From a virus (Duplodnaviria > Caudoviricetes), in IMG/VR virus record IMGVR_UViG_2974623408_000001, positions 32,001-96,000 of that record: a stretch of 64,000 nt of DNA; one strand, written 5' to 3'. How positions within the stretch are numbered: position 1 is the first letter of the stretch; every line of letters starts with the position of its first letter. This document shows positions 40,090 through 48,439 of this stretch, one piece after another. A model generated the notes under the pieces. The model saw only the letters and a list, made by a program, of their open reading frames with translations, made no database searches and was not told where the DNA came from. A program made the position numbers and the translations under genes.

Positions 40090-41060
40090 AGCAAGCCCTC
40101 CAGTACCTCGATAACGTGCTGCTTGGTGGTGTACTCGGTGAGCAACAGTTCAGCCTGTTGTTTCGCCAGGTCCTCACGTTGTCCGGCGTGCATCGTCTCG
40201 ACAGTCTGCGGTAGAGCCTCGAACGGAGGACCGAACTCAGGTCCCAGCACACGCCAGTTGGCGCACACTGGTATGCCAGCACGTGCAGCCAGGAAGAGCT
40301 CTGGTGACCACGTAGACCCCGGGATCAGGCATCCCCAGGCATGTTCGAGCACGTCCCACGCTGTGCGAGGCACGAACTCGACGGGCCACTCGAACTCACC
40401 CCATTCTTTGACCGTCGCCTCTGGTTGATGCAGTGTGCCCCAGTACGGATCGTCACCTGGGCTACTCTCCAGCTCGCGACCGAACATCACCGAGGGGTCG
40501 AACGTCACAGTGTTGAACGCAGCAGCGTTACAGATCTTCTGGCTCGCCGCGAAACCCAAGTCGAACGTCCACGCCGGCACGAGCATTGGTGGGTACCAGT
40601 CCCAGTCACCGTGCAGCATGTCGATCGCTTGCAGGTGTTTGCCCAGCAGCGCTGGATCACCCACAAGCATATGGTATTCTTTGCGATAGCTGAAAAACGG
40701 CTTGGTGTACTGCATCGGGTTCGTGGTGATTGTACGAATCTCGCTGCCGATCTTGCCTGTGCCCGTGTCATCCAGGTAGAGACACAACCTGTCGCTGTCC
40801 ACCTCGAGTGTGTCTACGATGGCATCCATGGCACCGTACGCGTAACCGCAGCCGAGACCTTTGAGCGGCCCGATCCCGACGAAGACTTTGTCGAAACCTT
40901 TGATGTCATGTTCCTCTGTCAACGAGTACGGACGCACATCCACTATGTGCCCGCGATCACGCAGCGCAGAAGCCATGGCACCAGCCACTGTGAGTCCAGT
41001 TTTCTTACTGGACTCGTGTGTCTGACCAGCTGTCATGCCTGTGACAAGGACTTTAGACAA
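40086..41060 (-). CDS. GT-B fold protein, T4 beta-glucosyltransferase-like (paralogue 1)
   Basis: Paralogous to 41246-42325 (VTG, FVG.GP, GA.DA, LVP..T, DP). Confidence 0.55.
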   Translation of the reverse strand: MSKVLVTGMTAGQTHESSKKTGLTVAGAMASALRDRGHIVDVRPYSLTEEHDIKGFDKVFVGIGPLKGLGCGYAYGAMDAIVDTLEVDSDRLCLYLDDTGTGKIGSEIRTITTNPMQYTKPFFSYRKEYHMLVGDPALLGKHLQAIDMLHGDWDWYPPMLVPAWTFDLGFAASQKICNAAAFNTVTFDPSVMFGRELESSPGDDPYWGTLHQPEATVKEWGEFEWPVEFVPRTAWDVLEHAWGCLIPGSTWSPELFLAARAGIPVCANWRVLGPEFGPPFEALPQTVETMHAGQREDLAKQQAELLLTEYTTKQHVIEVLEGLL

Positions 41061-41256
41061 CGCTTTCCTCGCAATCACCACGGTGCCAGCCACCACCGAG
41101 ACCGCACTCCTCGCACGCTGTGTCCTTGTCGTTCATGGACATATACAAGTCCTCATGTGCTTGAACCGCAGCAGCCCGTTCTTTCTCAGTGCGATCGCAC
41201 TCGTGATCGTGATCCGGGCATCCGTAACACGCGCAACAATAATCGTCAGATGACAT
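41053..41256 (-). CDS. small Cys/His-rich protein
   Basis: CCACYGC..H.H.C and C..C...H..C; fills the gap between GT genes. Confidence 0.5.
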   Translation of the reverse strand: MSSDDYCCACYGCPDHDHECDRTEKERAAAVQAHEDLYMSMNDKDTACEECGLGGGWHRGDCEESVV

Positions 41257-42325
41257 CGATATCTGCTTTAGCCCGCAGGTAGGCCTCTTCGAGTTTCTGC
41301 AGAACAGAAGCCTCGGGTTCGATACGTGCTTCATATTGAGCACGTTGTGCGTACGCTGTATCCAGAAGCTGGTTGTCGTTCATTGCTTCCAGATCGGCAC
41401 ACGATAGTCCGTACGCGTCACCGATGATCGATAACTCAGCTGGGTCACCGATCGTGATGGCACCTGCACGGCTGATGAAATCGTACCGTGTTCTCCACCA
41501 TCCCGTGTTGTACATCGGTGTGCGTGTGCACACACCAGCCCAGCTTGTACGGTACAGTTCGTTGATCTGTTTCTCGGTGGGGCGTGTCACCGTGGTGCGC
41601 TCAGAATCCTTGCCGTGCGTGGCCTTGCTGCCGAAGTCGTTGACCTCCCAGCCCATGCCCAGCTCTGAGATGTACTTGCTGTAGTCACCCAGTGCAGCCA
41701 CGGTGTACTTGCGTTCCTTGATGCTCCAGTCTGGCTCTGGAATGTCCCACGTGGCGGTCGTCACAGACGTCGGATCGAGTGTGCAGATACGTCGTGCAGG
41801 TATGTGCGAACTGATCTTCGTTCCGTCACGTGACGGATCGGTGTGCCACGTCTGCATCGGCACCAGTGTCTCGGGCCACGGCCGGTCACGAAAGTTGACC
41901 AGGATATCCCGCAAGTAATCGATGTGGTGGGCACCCCAGGTGAAGTCAGTTCGGTTGAACAGGAACTGCTTCGTAATGTTGTGCGGGTACTTGATCACCG
42001 TAGCGATACTCGTCTTGAGCAGGTGTGTCTGCCAGTCGGTCACGTAGAACAACAGCGCGCAGTTATGCTGACGTGCCTTGGCCACAGCGTCCAGCGCCCC
42101 GATGAAGTACCGCGAACCGACAGCGTTGAACGGACCCAATCCGACGAACATGAGATCGGCAGCATCCAGATCGTCGTCGTTCGTGGCGACCATCATCGGC
42201 TGGTGTGAAACTTCCCAGCCCATCTTTCTGCCAGCACGGACGAGACCTAGAGGTAGTGACTCGTACCCGACGCGCGAGTTACCGCGCGCCGCGTCAGCTG
42301 AAAACCCGGTGACAATCGCTTTCAC
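41246..42325 (-). CDS. GT-B fold protein, T4 beta-glucosyltransferase-like (paralogue 2)
   Basis: Motif order resembles T4 Bgt as recalled (MG..V, D.L.V...N..G, Y.TD, FG, N.....R); not computed. Confidence 0.6.
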   Translation of the reverse strand: MKAIVTGFSADAARGNSRVGYESLPLGLVRAGRKMGWEVSHQPMMVATNDDDLDAADLMFVGLGPFNAVGSRYFIGALDAVAKARQHNCALLFYVTDWQTHLLKTSIATVIKYPHNITKQFLFNRTDFTWGAHHIDYLRDILVNFRDRPWPETLVPMQTWHTDPSRDGTKISSHIPARRICTLDPTSVTTATWDIPEPDWSIKERKYTVAALGDYSKYISELGMGWEVNDFGSKATHGKDSERTTVTRPTEKQINELYRTSWAGVCTRTPMYNTGWWRTRYDFISRAGAITIGDPAELSIIGDAYGLSCADLEAMNDNQLLDTAYAQRAQYEARIEPEASVLQKLEEAYLRAKADIDVI

Positions 42326-42326
42326 T

Positions 42327-42596
42327 TTAGTCCTTGTTGTCGGCTGGCTTCGCGACCTTCTGAACGATGGTGACGAACTGATCGACCGCCTGGAGTGCTT
42401 CTCTGGCGTCGAACCTCGGGATGAACGGATCGCTCCACGGGTTACGAGTGTTGTCGAACGGACCCTTGAACGGACCTGGGTTCTTGCGTTCGAGTTCGGC
42501 GATGCGGCTCAGCATCTTGGTCTGCGAGACCTGTAGATTGAACAGCTGCTCTTCCAGCTTGCGAATCTTCTTCTGCAACTTTTTCTTGGATGACAT
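42327..42596 (-). CDS. coiled-coil hypothetical protein
   Basis: SD AAGGAG. Confidence 0.6.
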   Translation of the reverse strand: MSSKKKLQKKIRKLEEQLFNLQVSQTKMLSRIAELERKNPGPFKGPFDNTRNPWSDPFIPRFDAREALQAVDQFVTIVQKVAKPADNKD

Positions 42597-42633
42597 TGTT
42601 TCTCCTTGGTCGATGTCTAGGTTCATTGTAACC

Positions 42634-42663
42634 AAGAAAACCCGTGCTGTAAACAGCACGGGC
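42634..42663 (-). terminator. intrinsic terminator
   Basis: CCCGTGCTG-TTTA-CAGCACGGG followed by TTTTCTT. Confidence 0.7.
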
Positions 42664-42776
42664 CTTCCAGGTTCCTAGAAACTATCTCCACATCACCATT
42701 CTCCACAGTACAGTGGCAACTGCACCAGCGAGTGCGGACAACGACGCGACGCCGACCCAAGCGAGTACGGTAGTCA

Positions 42777-43403
42777 TCAGTACCAGTGTCCCTGGTTGAG
42801 GTAGCCGTTCAGGGCAGCACCAGCGTGGCCCAGGTTCTTGTGGATAGGCGACGGTGAATCACAGACGATGTCGCGACCCAGGTTGCAGCGATCTGTGACA
42901 GGGATTCGACCCATCTTCATCGGACCCCACCATGTGTAGAACGGTAGATGCGGTAGTCCAGCTGCCTCAATTCCACCGTAGCCGTTGCGTGACAATGGTC
43001 GACGCGGGTTACCGTACAGGTATACATGGATGTTGTAGTTCATGCGTGGATCAGTCTGCCACCAGTCTGTGGCTCCTGTGGCTGCGCTGGCACCGAGGCT
43101 GTACGCGTAAACCTCAATGCGTGTTCCTGGGCATCGTGCGCGCAGTGCGTGCGCTTCACGGTCCAGTTTGTTGCGGGCCTCCACACGTGAGACGTTTCCT
43201 TGGAACACGTCCGCGCGATAGGTGATGTTCATACGGTTGGCGCGGTTACCGGGGACATTGGCACTGGCTGTGTCGCCGTTACCTCCGACCGCATAGCGTT
43301 GAACGGGTTGGCATGGTGCAGCGTGCGCTTGTCCAGCTGGTACGAGTGTGAGTCCTAGAACGATGACCAGTAGTGCAAGTGTTGACGCGATCAGACTTCT
43401 CAT
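42777..43403 (-). CDS. secreted cutinase/PE-PPE-like alpha/beta hydrolase
   Basis: Signal peptide (AHA), AYSLGA, YGNP, DIVC, terminal H. Confidence 0.75.
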   Translation of the reverse strand: MRSLIASTLALLVIVLGLTLVPAGQAHAAPCQPVQRYAVGGNGDTASANVPGNRANRMNITYRADVFQGNVSRVEARNKLDREAHALRARCPGTRIEVYAYSLGASAATGATDWWQTDPRMNYNIHVYLYGNPRRPLSRNGYGGIEAAGLPHLPFYTWWGPMKMGRIPVTDRCNLGRDIVCDSPSPIHKNLGHAGAALNGYLNQGHWY

Positions 43404-43486
43404 CGCGTGTCTCTTTCGTGTGATTGGATAACCAGGGTCCTGGTTATCGTCATCATACGATACTTGTCAAGGCTTTGTGCTCAAGG

Positions 43487-43684
43487 TCACATGAGTTTTT
43501 TCTGACAGTCTGGGCATCCGCACGATTCAACGTGCCCGCACGAACAAAACAAGCAGGGTTCGTAGACTTGTAGTCTACGACCCGACGGTCCACGTAAGTA
43601 TTCGAAGTGCAGATGCTGCATGAATCCGTGTTCGCAGTCACCGCATGGCATGGCGTCGCACACGGTGCTCAATTGATCGATCAC
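43487..43684 (-). CDS. small Cys-rich protein
   Basis: Several CxxC/CxC motifs. Confidence 0.45.
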   Translation of the reverse strand: MIDQLSTVCDAMPCGDCEHGFMQHLHFEYLRGPSGRRLQVYEPCLFCSCGHVESCGCPDCQKKLM

Positions 43685-43703
43685 AACTTCATCCTCTGAA
43701 AGT

Positions 43704-43812
43704 GCCGGGTACTAACCCTCGTACCACCGCGGCCTGTCCCTCTGACGTTACGCGACGCGGCTATCAGATTCTTTTTACCACGGAGCTCTGGATGGGGTTC
43801 CAGAGTACCGGC
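43704..43812 (-). ncRNA. candidate structured RNA with kissing loops
   Basis: GCCGG/CCGGC closing stem; loops AACCC and GGGTT complementary. Confidence 0.4.
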
Positions 43813-43814
43813 TG

Positions 43815-43886
43815 TGCCAAGGGAGGGACTTGAACCCCCTGCTCTCGGGCTTCAACCGAGCGCTTTACCGTATAAGCTACCAAGGC
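43815..43886 (-). tRNA. tRNA-Phe(GAA)
   Basis: CTCGG-TTGAAGC-CCGAG; two U.U mismatches in acceptor stem. Confidence 0.8.
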
Positions 43887-43964
43887 TTGGGCCTCATTTA
43901 ACGTCTGGGCCATGGACGGTTGCTGTTGAGGCGCGACCTCAACATGGCGTCTGCAACGAGACCG

Positions 43965-44038
43965 TGCCCCTTGGAGGATTCGAACCCCCGCGGTCCTTGG
44001 GTAGAAACCAAGCGCTCTGTCCGCTGAGCTAAAAGGGC
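43965..44038 (-). tRNA. tRNA-Arg(TCT)
   Basis: CTTGG-TTTCTAC-CCAAG. Confidence 0.9.
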
Positions 44039-44046
44039 GTATGAAA

Positions 44047-44196
44047 TTATTCGGTGTATTGCGACTTTACGTGACCGAACTTGTCGATGTGAGCGTGGTC
44101 ATGATTCTTGCGTATTGCGCAGACACGATCTTCTACAAACGTGCCCTTGCTGGTGACCAGCTTTTCTGTCCAAGTGTATCCGCATATCTCTTCCAC
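44047..44196 (-). CDS. 49-aa protein (C..C..H..H)
   Basis: GTG 1 nt after the tRNA-Lys discriminator; MEEICGYTW...CAIRKNHDHAH. Confidence 0.5.
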   Translation of the reverse strand: MEEICGYTWTEKLVTSKGTFVEDRVCAIRKNHDHAHIDKFGHVKSQYTE

Positions 44197-44197
44197 G

Positions 44198-44269
44198 TAC
44201 CCCGGGAGAATTTCGAAATCTCGACCCGCTGGTTAAAAGCCAGCTGCTCTTCCTCTGAGCTACCGAGGC
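44198..44269 (-). tRNA. tRNA-Lys(TTT)
   Basis: GCTGG-CTTTTAA-CCAGC. Confidence 0.9.
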
Positions 44270-44382
44270 TTGTCATGAAGTCGCGCGTTATTGCTCATTT
44301 TATAGTGATGATAGCGCGTTATTGCTACACCCGTCGGCCTTCACCGAATCACCACGACAGGCCTTCACCTGTACTTCATGAG

Positions 44383-44458
44383 AGCTCCCTGTCGGACTCG
44401 AACCGACAACCTTCGCTTTACAAGAGCACTGCTCTGGTCCAAATTGAGCTAAGGGAGC
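44383..44458 (-). tRNA. tRNA-Thr(TGT)
   Basis: Loop CTTGTAA; acceptor GCTCCCT/AGGGAGC. Confidence 0.9.
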
Positions 44459-44520
44459 AAGTGCGAGGTATGCTCTCGCTTGCGAGACTTCAACTCGCTT
44501 TGCCGATTTTCACGGTCCAC

Positions 44521-44587
44521 ACTCGAGAGCTACCCCAGCTTCACCCACATGGTGCAGGTGACCAGTGTCGAACTGGCTTCCTCGAAC
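44521..44587 (-). ncRNA. circularly permuted tRNA-like element (Ala identity)
   Basis: T arm GCCAG-TTCGACA-CTGGT, CACCTGC-ACCA-T-GTGGGTG, D-like GCT-GGGGT-AGC, closing GTTCGAG/CTCGAGT. Confidence 0.65.
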
Positions 44588-44593
44588 TTGTCG

Positions 44594-44665
44594 TACCGCA
44601 TGAGAGAATCGAACTCCCGACACTCGGTGTGTAAAACCGATGTTCTTCCACTGAACTAATGCGGC
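44594..44665 (-). tRNA. tRNA-Val(TAC)
   Basis: TCGGT-TTTACAC-ACCGA. Confidence 0.9.
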
Positions 44666-45057
44666 TTGCACAGACTTACATGACGAAGACTTGCATACTT
44701 ATGCGGAAATACTCTTCCACAATCACAAGTTACAGGTCCAGCTTCGACAACGATTTGAGTTCGTTTCGAAGCTGCCTCACGTTGTCTCGCTGTGCGTTTG
44801 TCACCGTGCGCAACAGTCTTTACAACGTGACAGTCATGACATCGAACAACACATTTAGCGAGCTCAGCTTCGCGACGCGCTGCTGACCAGCTCCAAATAC
44901 GATGGTCGATTTTAAGACTAGGATCGACATGATCAAGCTGTAGGTTTTCAGTTGTATTGCAATCTACGCAGACCTTGTCAGCGAACCATTCATCACGACG
45001 GCGTGCTCGCCATTCACGCTGATACTGGCGCTGTTTATCAGGGTCTTTGTAGGCCAC
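44656..45057 (-). CDS. HNH endonuclease
   Basis: C..C, LQLDHVDP, C..CH...T. Confidence 0.85.
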   Translation of the reverse strand: MAYKDPDKQRQYQREWRARRRDEWFADKVCVDCNTTENLQLDHVDPSLKIDHRIWSWSAARREAELAKCVVRCHDCHVVKTVAHGDKRTARQREAASKRTQIVVEAGPVTCDCGRVFPHKYASLRHVSLCKPH

Positions 45058-45058
45058 G

Positions 45059-45132
45059 AACGGGTGAGGAGATTCGAACTCCCACGTTCAGTTTGGAAGA
45101 CTGACATGCTAACCGTTAAACATCACACCCGC
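45059..45132 (-). tRNA. tRNA-Gly(TCC)
   Basis: TCAGT-CTTCCAA-ACTGA. Confidence 0.9.
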
Positions 45133-45173
45133 ATATTCAATTGTACCAATTAAGCGCCTCCGCTAGGAGGTCG

Positions 45174-45251
45174 TACCAGCGACGGGACTCGAACCCGCGA
45201 CGTACCCTCCTTGAAAGGGAGGTTGCCCCTTACCGTCAGAGCAACGCTGGC
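45174..45251 (-). tRNA. tRNA-Glu(TTC)
   Basis: CCTCC-CTTTCAA-GGAGG. Confidence 0.85.
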
Positions 45252-45252
45252 C

Positions 45253-45327
45253 TGGCACGGACGTGAGGAATCGAACCCCAGACATGTGGCTTTGGAGACC
45301 ACCGTTCTACCACTGAACTACGTCCGC
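45253..45327 (-). tRNA. tRNA-Trp(CCA)
   Basis: GTGGT-CTCCAAA-GCCAC; encoded CCA end. Confidence 0.9.
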
Positions 45328-45406
45328 TTGGAGCCGTTCGGTAACAGCGTCGTACGTACTGAAACCTGGGTGGCGAGCCCTTGCACACATCGTCATGTGT
45401 GTGACG

Positions 45407-45481
45407 TACCCCGTATCGGACTTGAACCGATGACCCGCTGTTTAAGAGACAGCTGCTCTAAACCATCTGAGCTAACGAGGC
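45407..45481 (-). tRNA. tRNA-Lys(CTT)
   Basis: GCTGT-CTCTTAA-ACAGC. Confidence 0.9.
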
Positions 45482-45505
45482 TTGGTGTATTTCGTTGTTG
45501 ATACC

Positions 45506-45534
45506 ATCATGACACGGGTCGAGTAGGTTGTCAA
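45506..45534 (-). promoter_or_regulatory. SigA-type promoter
   Basis: TTGACA-17-CATGAT. Confidence 0.6.
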
Positions 45535-45537
45535 CCC

Positions 45538-45696
45538 CTATTCAGAATTTAATCTGGCTCGTTCCTTGACGGCACCCTGACCTGTACCGAGACGTTCATC
45601 CAGCACAGCGATCTGTTCCTCGTTCGTACGCTCGGCACGTTTCTTTTGGTAGTACTCTGCGTTGGCTTGTCGGAATCTCTTAGCTGGGTCTGGCAT
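45538..45696 (-). CDS. 52-aa hypothetical protein
   Basis: SD AAGGAG; MPDPAKRFRQ...EQIAVLDERLG.GQGAVKERARL. Confidence 0.6.
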   Translation of the reverse strand: MPDPAKRFRQANAEYYQKKRAERTNEEQIAVLDERLGTGQGAVKERARLNSE

Positions 45697-45716
45697 GTAA
45701 TCTCCTTGTCTAATGT

Positions 45717-45791
45717 TGGACGCCGGTGCGGGAGTCGAACCCGCCTAAACTGGTTTGCAATCAGTCACCTTTGCCGCTCGGACAACCGGCG
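45717..45791 (-). tRNA. tRNA-Cys(GCA)
   Basis: Loop TTGCAAA; U73; encoded CCA. Confidence 0.9.
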
Positions 45792-45841
45792 TGAGGGCAG
45801 ACTATTATTCTCATCCCGCCTGCCATGGGACATGTTCAATA

Positions 45842-46546
45842 TTACTGCAACGGAGTGAAGTTTACAACACCCTGAGGTGCTGCGTCAGCCAGGATGTTTC
45901 CGATCGCTGAGAAACGACTAGGAAGCATCGCACTAGTCACCCCTATCAATCCTGCGGATGATCTGTTCGGTAACGGAGCGTCGTACACAGCGCCACCGGA
46001 GTCACCTGGTAGAACAGGTGTTGTTCCTTCGAACGGGCTACCTGTTCGCGTGACGAAACCGCATGTCTCTCGTGAGATCTGACCGAACTTGCAGAAATGC
46101 CACAGGAATCGTGGAGCCTGACCGATTCGGTTGATCGCAACACCATTGGGTGTCTTGTTGCTGACAGCTACCCCGTCAACGATCTCGAAGAACGCGCCGT
46201 CACGACTGATGTTCTGCGGAGACTTGGTGTAGATGTCAGGAAATCCCGTTGGCTTCGTGACGAAGTGACCCACGGTGACACCTGATACCTGTACCACGCC
46301 GTTGTCTGGGTTGTCAGCCTGGATACAATGACCCGCGGTGAGACCAAGTAGTCGTCCGCTGGCGTCGTGTCCAATTGCAGCGATGCTGCAGATTGTTCCT
46401 CCGCCGGTCAACCCACCGTCAATTTCGATACCCATTCCAGGTCGAAGTGTCGGTGGAGCAGCTGATGCCGAGGCTGGCATCAGGAAAAACAGCATACTGA
46501 ATACGATTGATAGAACTACTAGGATGCGTTTCACATTAAACTCCAA
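45842..46546 (-). CDS. secreted trypsin-like (S1) serine protease
   Basis: Signal peptide, LTAGHC, D.A, GDSGG. Confidence 0.85.
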   Translation of the reverse strand: MEFNVKRILVVLSIVFSMLFFLMPASASAAPPTLRPGMGIEIDGGLTGGGTICSIAAIGHDASGRLLGLTAGHCIQADNPDNGVVQVSGVTVGHFVTKPTGFPDIYTKSPQNISRDGAFFEIVDGVAVSNKTPNGVAINRIGQAPRFLWHFCKFGQISRETCGFVTRTGSPFEGTTPVLPGDSGGAVYDAPLPNRSSAGLIGVTSAMLPSRFSAIGNILADAAPQGVVNFTPLQ

Positions 46547-46582
46547 GTGCGATAGTGAATTGCATCACCAATCGTACACGCG

Positions 46583-46668
46583 CGGAGAAAGCAGGGGTCG
46601 AACCTGATGCCCTTTCGGGCACAGCCGGTTTAGCAAACCGGTGCTACAACCGTGTAGCTTCATTCTCC
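46583..46668 (-). tRNA. tRNA-Ser(GCT)
   Basis: CCGGT-TTGCTAA-ACCGG; long variable arm. Confidence 0.85.
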
Positions 46669-46671
46669 AAG

Positions 46672-46752
46672 TGCTCCTGGTGGGAGTCGAACCCACAAGC
46701 CCGAAGGCTACCGATTTTAAGTCGGCTGCGTATGCCATTCCGCCACAGAAGC
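46672..46752 (-). tRNA. tRNA-Leu(TAA)
   Basis: GCCGA-CTTAAAA-TCGGT; long variable arm. Confidence 0.9.
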
Positions 46753-46759
46753 CTTGCAT

Positions 46760-46936
46760 CTACGTGTCGACGGCGTTCCCGATGATGTATAGGGACGCGA
46801 GGATACCGATCACCGCGAAACACACACCGAACCAGCCCCAACCGGTGTTACTTCCTCCGTCGAGTATTGTCGAAATGTTCCACAGTAATGTTCCTGTGTT
46901 CGCCAGCAAACAAATGACTCCGAACAACAACCACAT
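46760..46936 (-). CDS. 58-aa two-TM membrane protein
   Basis: SD GAGGAG; MWLLFGVICLL...FAVIGILASLYII. Confidence 0.55.
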   Translation of the reverse strand: MWLLFGVICLLANTGTLLWNISTILDGGSNTGWGWFGVCFAVIGILASLYIIGNAVDT

Positions 46937-46937
46937 G

Positions 46938-47147
46938 TCAATCTCCTCTTATCTTGTCGTCATGCTTGTCACATATCCAGTGCCAGAACGAATGATTATT
47001 CGTGTCATGCACGTCCCCATTTTCATCCATGCGTGTCTGATAACTCAGATCAAACACCTCATGTGCGATGGTGTCGATCACGCACCATGGTGACCACCAT
47101 CCGCAACAGAAAAAGAAGGGAGGTGTTAACTTTGAGAGCATATTCAT
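46938..47147 (-). CDS. small hypothetical protein
   Basis: ATGA overlap with upstream gene. Confidence 0.45.
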   Translation of the reverse strand: MNMLSKLTPPFFFCCGWWSPWCVIDTIAHEVFDLSYQTRMDENGDVHDTNNHSFWHWICDKHDDKIRGD

Positions 47148-47593
47148 TCAGTATCCATGTAAAGATAATGATCGCGAAGTCGACGTTCGACCTTACGAAT
47201 TCTGTCGTTGGAATCGAACCATTCGACCATCGTGCCGAACGTGCATACGGCAGCAATGATCGTGAGAATCACCAGACCGAGACACATGCCAAACACGGTG
47301 TCACCTTTGTCCACCGATGCAGAATCACCGTAGCCCTCGAATCCCCACGAGATTACCGTGTACCAGAGAAAAATCACTGTGATGGAGAAAGCAGTACTGA
47401 GTCCACTCAAACTCTTCCACAGTCGTCGGTAACGTCTCAGGTCATCCAGCTCATCCTGGATTCCCTGTTCCACGCGTGCGTTGGCGAGTGTCTTGCGTGT
47501 GTCCATGTCAAGTGCTTTCATAGGTTTCGGGGTACGCTTAAACTTCTTCTGGAGGTGTCGGAACATCTCCTCGTCGAGGTCTTCTATACCCAT
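47144..47593 (-). CDS. two-TM membrane protein
   Basis: Two hydrophobic segments. Confidence 0.65.
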   Translation of the reverse strand: MGIEDLDEEMFRHLQKKFKRTPKPMKALDMDTRKTLANARVEQGIQDELDDLRRYRRLWKSLSGLSTAFSITVIFLWYTVISWGFEGYGDSASVDKGDTVFGMCLGLVILTIIAAVCTFGTMVEWFDSNDRIRKVERRLRDHYLYMDTE

Positions 47594-48020
47594 GACTCTT
47601 CCTGTATGGTGCTTCAGGTCGGTAACCCTTACGGTACACTCTGGAGTGATCCACAGTCAATGGTACTCGGTGGTATTCTTTCCACGCACCGTAGGCGTTC
47701 GCGTCGATCTCTTCTTTGCGACCCCAGAATGTCCAGTCACCGTGCTTGCCGCAGTACTTACAAGCCCACTTGCGTTGCATGAAAAACGATGGTCGTTCCT
47801 CGAAGATTCGTTCGCCGTTCTCTTCACGAACACGGTGCGCTCTGCGGCTGACTCGCTCTTCGTGGACGAGAACCATCTCGTGGTTGCCACCCTTGTTTCG
47901 TTTGCACTTCTTGGAATCCCACCGGCGCTTGTGTTTGGCTTCCTCAGGGTCCATCTTAGCGTGTCGGAAGACCTTAGGATTTTTGTGATCCGGAAGCGTT
48001 GACGGTTCGTCCCAGCTCAT
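47538..48020 (-). CDS. basic hypothetical protein (C..H / C..C)
   Basis: SD AAGGAG before ATG 48020. Confidence 0.6.
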   Translation of the reverse strand: MSWDEPSTLPDHKNPKVFRHAKMDPEEAKHKRRWDSKKCKRNKGGNHEMVLVHEERVSRRAHRVREENGERIFEERPSFFMQRKWACKYCGKHGDWTFWGRKEEIDANAYGAWKEYHRVPLTVDHSRVYRKGYRPEAPYRKSHGYRRPRRGDVPTPPEEV

Positions 48021-48038
48021 GTGTACTCCTTCGTCGAG

Positions 48039-48112
48039 TAGTCCCGGTGGGATTCGAACCCACAACATCTTCCTTTTGAGAGAAGCGCCTCTGCCGATTG
48101 GGCCACGGAACC
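48039..48112 (-). tRNA. tRNA-Leu(CAA), short variable arm
   Basis: CTTCT-CTCAAAA-GGAAG. Confidence 0.85.
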
Positions 48113-48181
48113 TTATAGAGACGAAAACTATTTGTATCAAACACGCGGTCGCCTCAATCGCGCTCTTCCTGCAGGAAATGT

Positions 48182-48295
48182 AGTGACGATGGTCGAGGAT
48201 TTGAACCTCGGTTGAGATGAGCTGGCCAGCTGCATCTCAGTTCCCACGAACATCCACGGAGTCGAACCGCCACACGCGCCAGTGTCATCGTCACC
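48182..48295 (-). ncRNA. tRNA-like RNA with two T-loop arms
   Basis: GGTGACGATG/CATCGTCACT closing stem; GCGG-TTCGACT-CCGT and CGAGG-TTCAAAT-CCTCG. Confidence 0.6.
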
Positions 48296-48296
48296 G

Positions 48297-48379
48297 CGGA
48301 AGACGGAGGACTCGAACCCCGTGGCTTTCACACCACGCCCGCGTTCGAAACGGGCTGCGCTACCTTACGCACGTCTTCC
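48297..48379 (-). tRNA. tRNA-Ser(CGA)
   Basis: Loop TTCGAAC; long variable arm; G73. Confidence 0.8.
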
Positions 48380-48439
48380 TTCAGCGACCAGCTTTGTCTA
48401 CGTGCCGAACCCATTAGGTACTGGTGCATGACGAACGCG

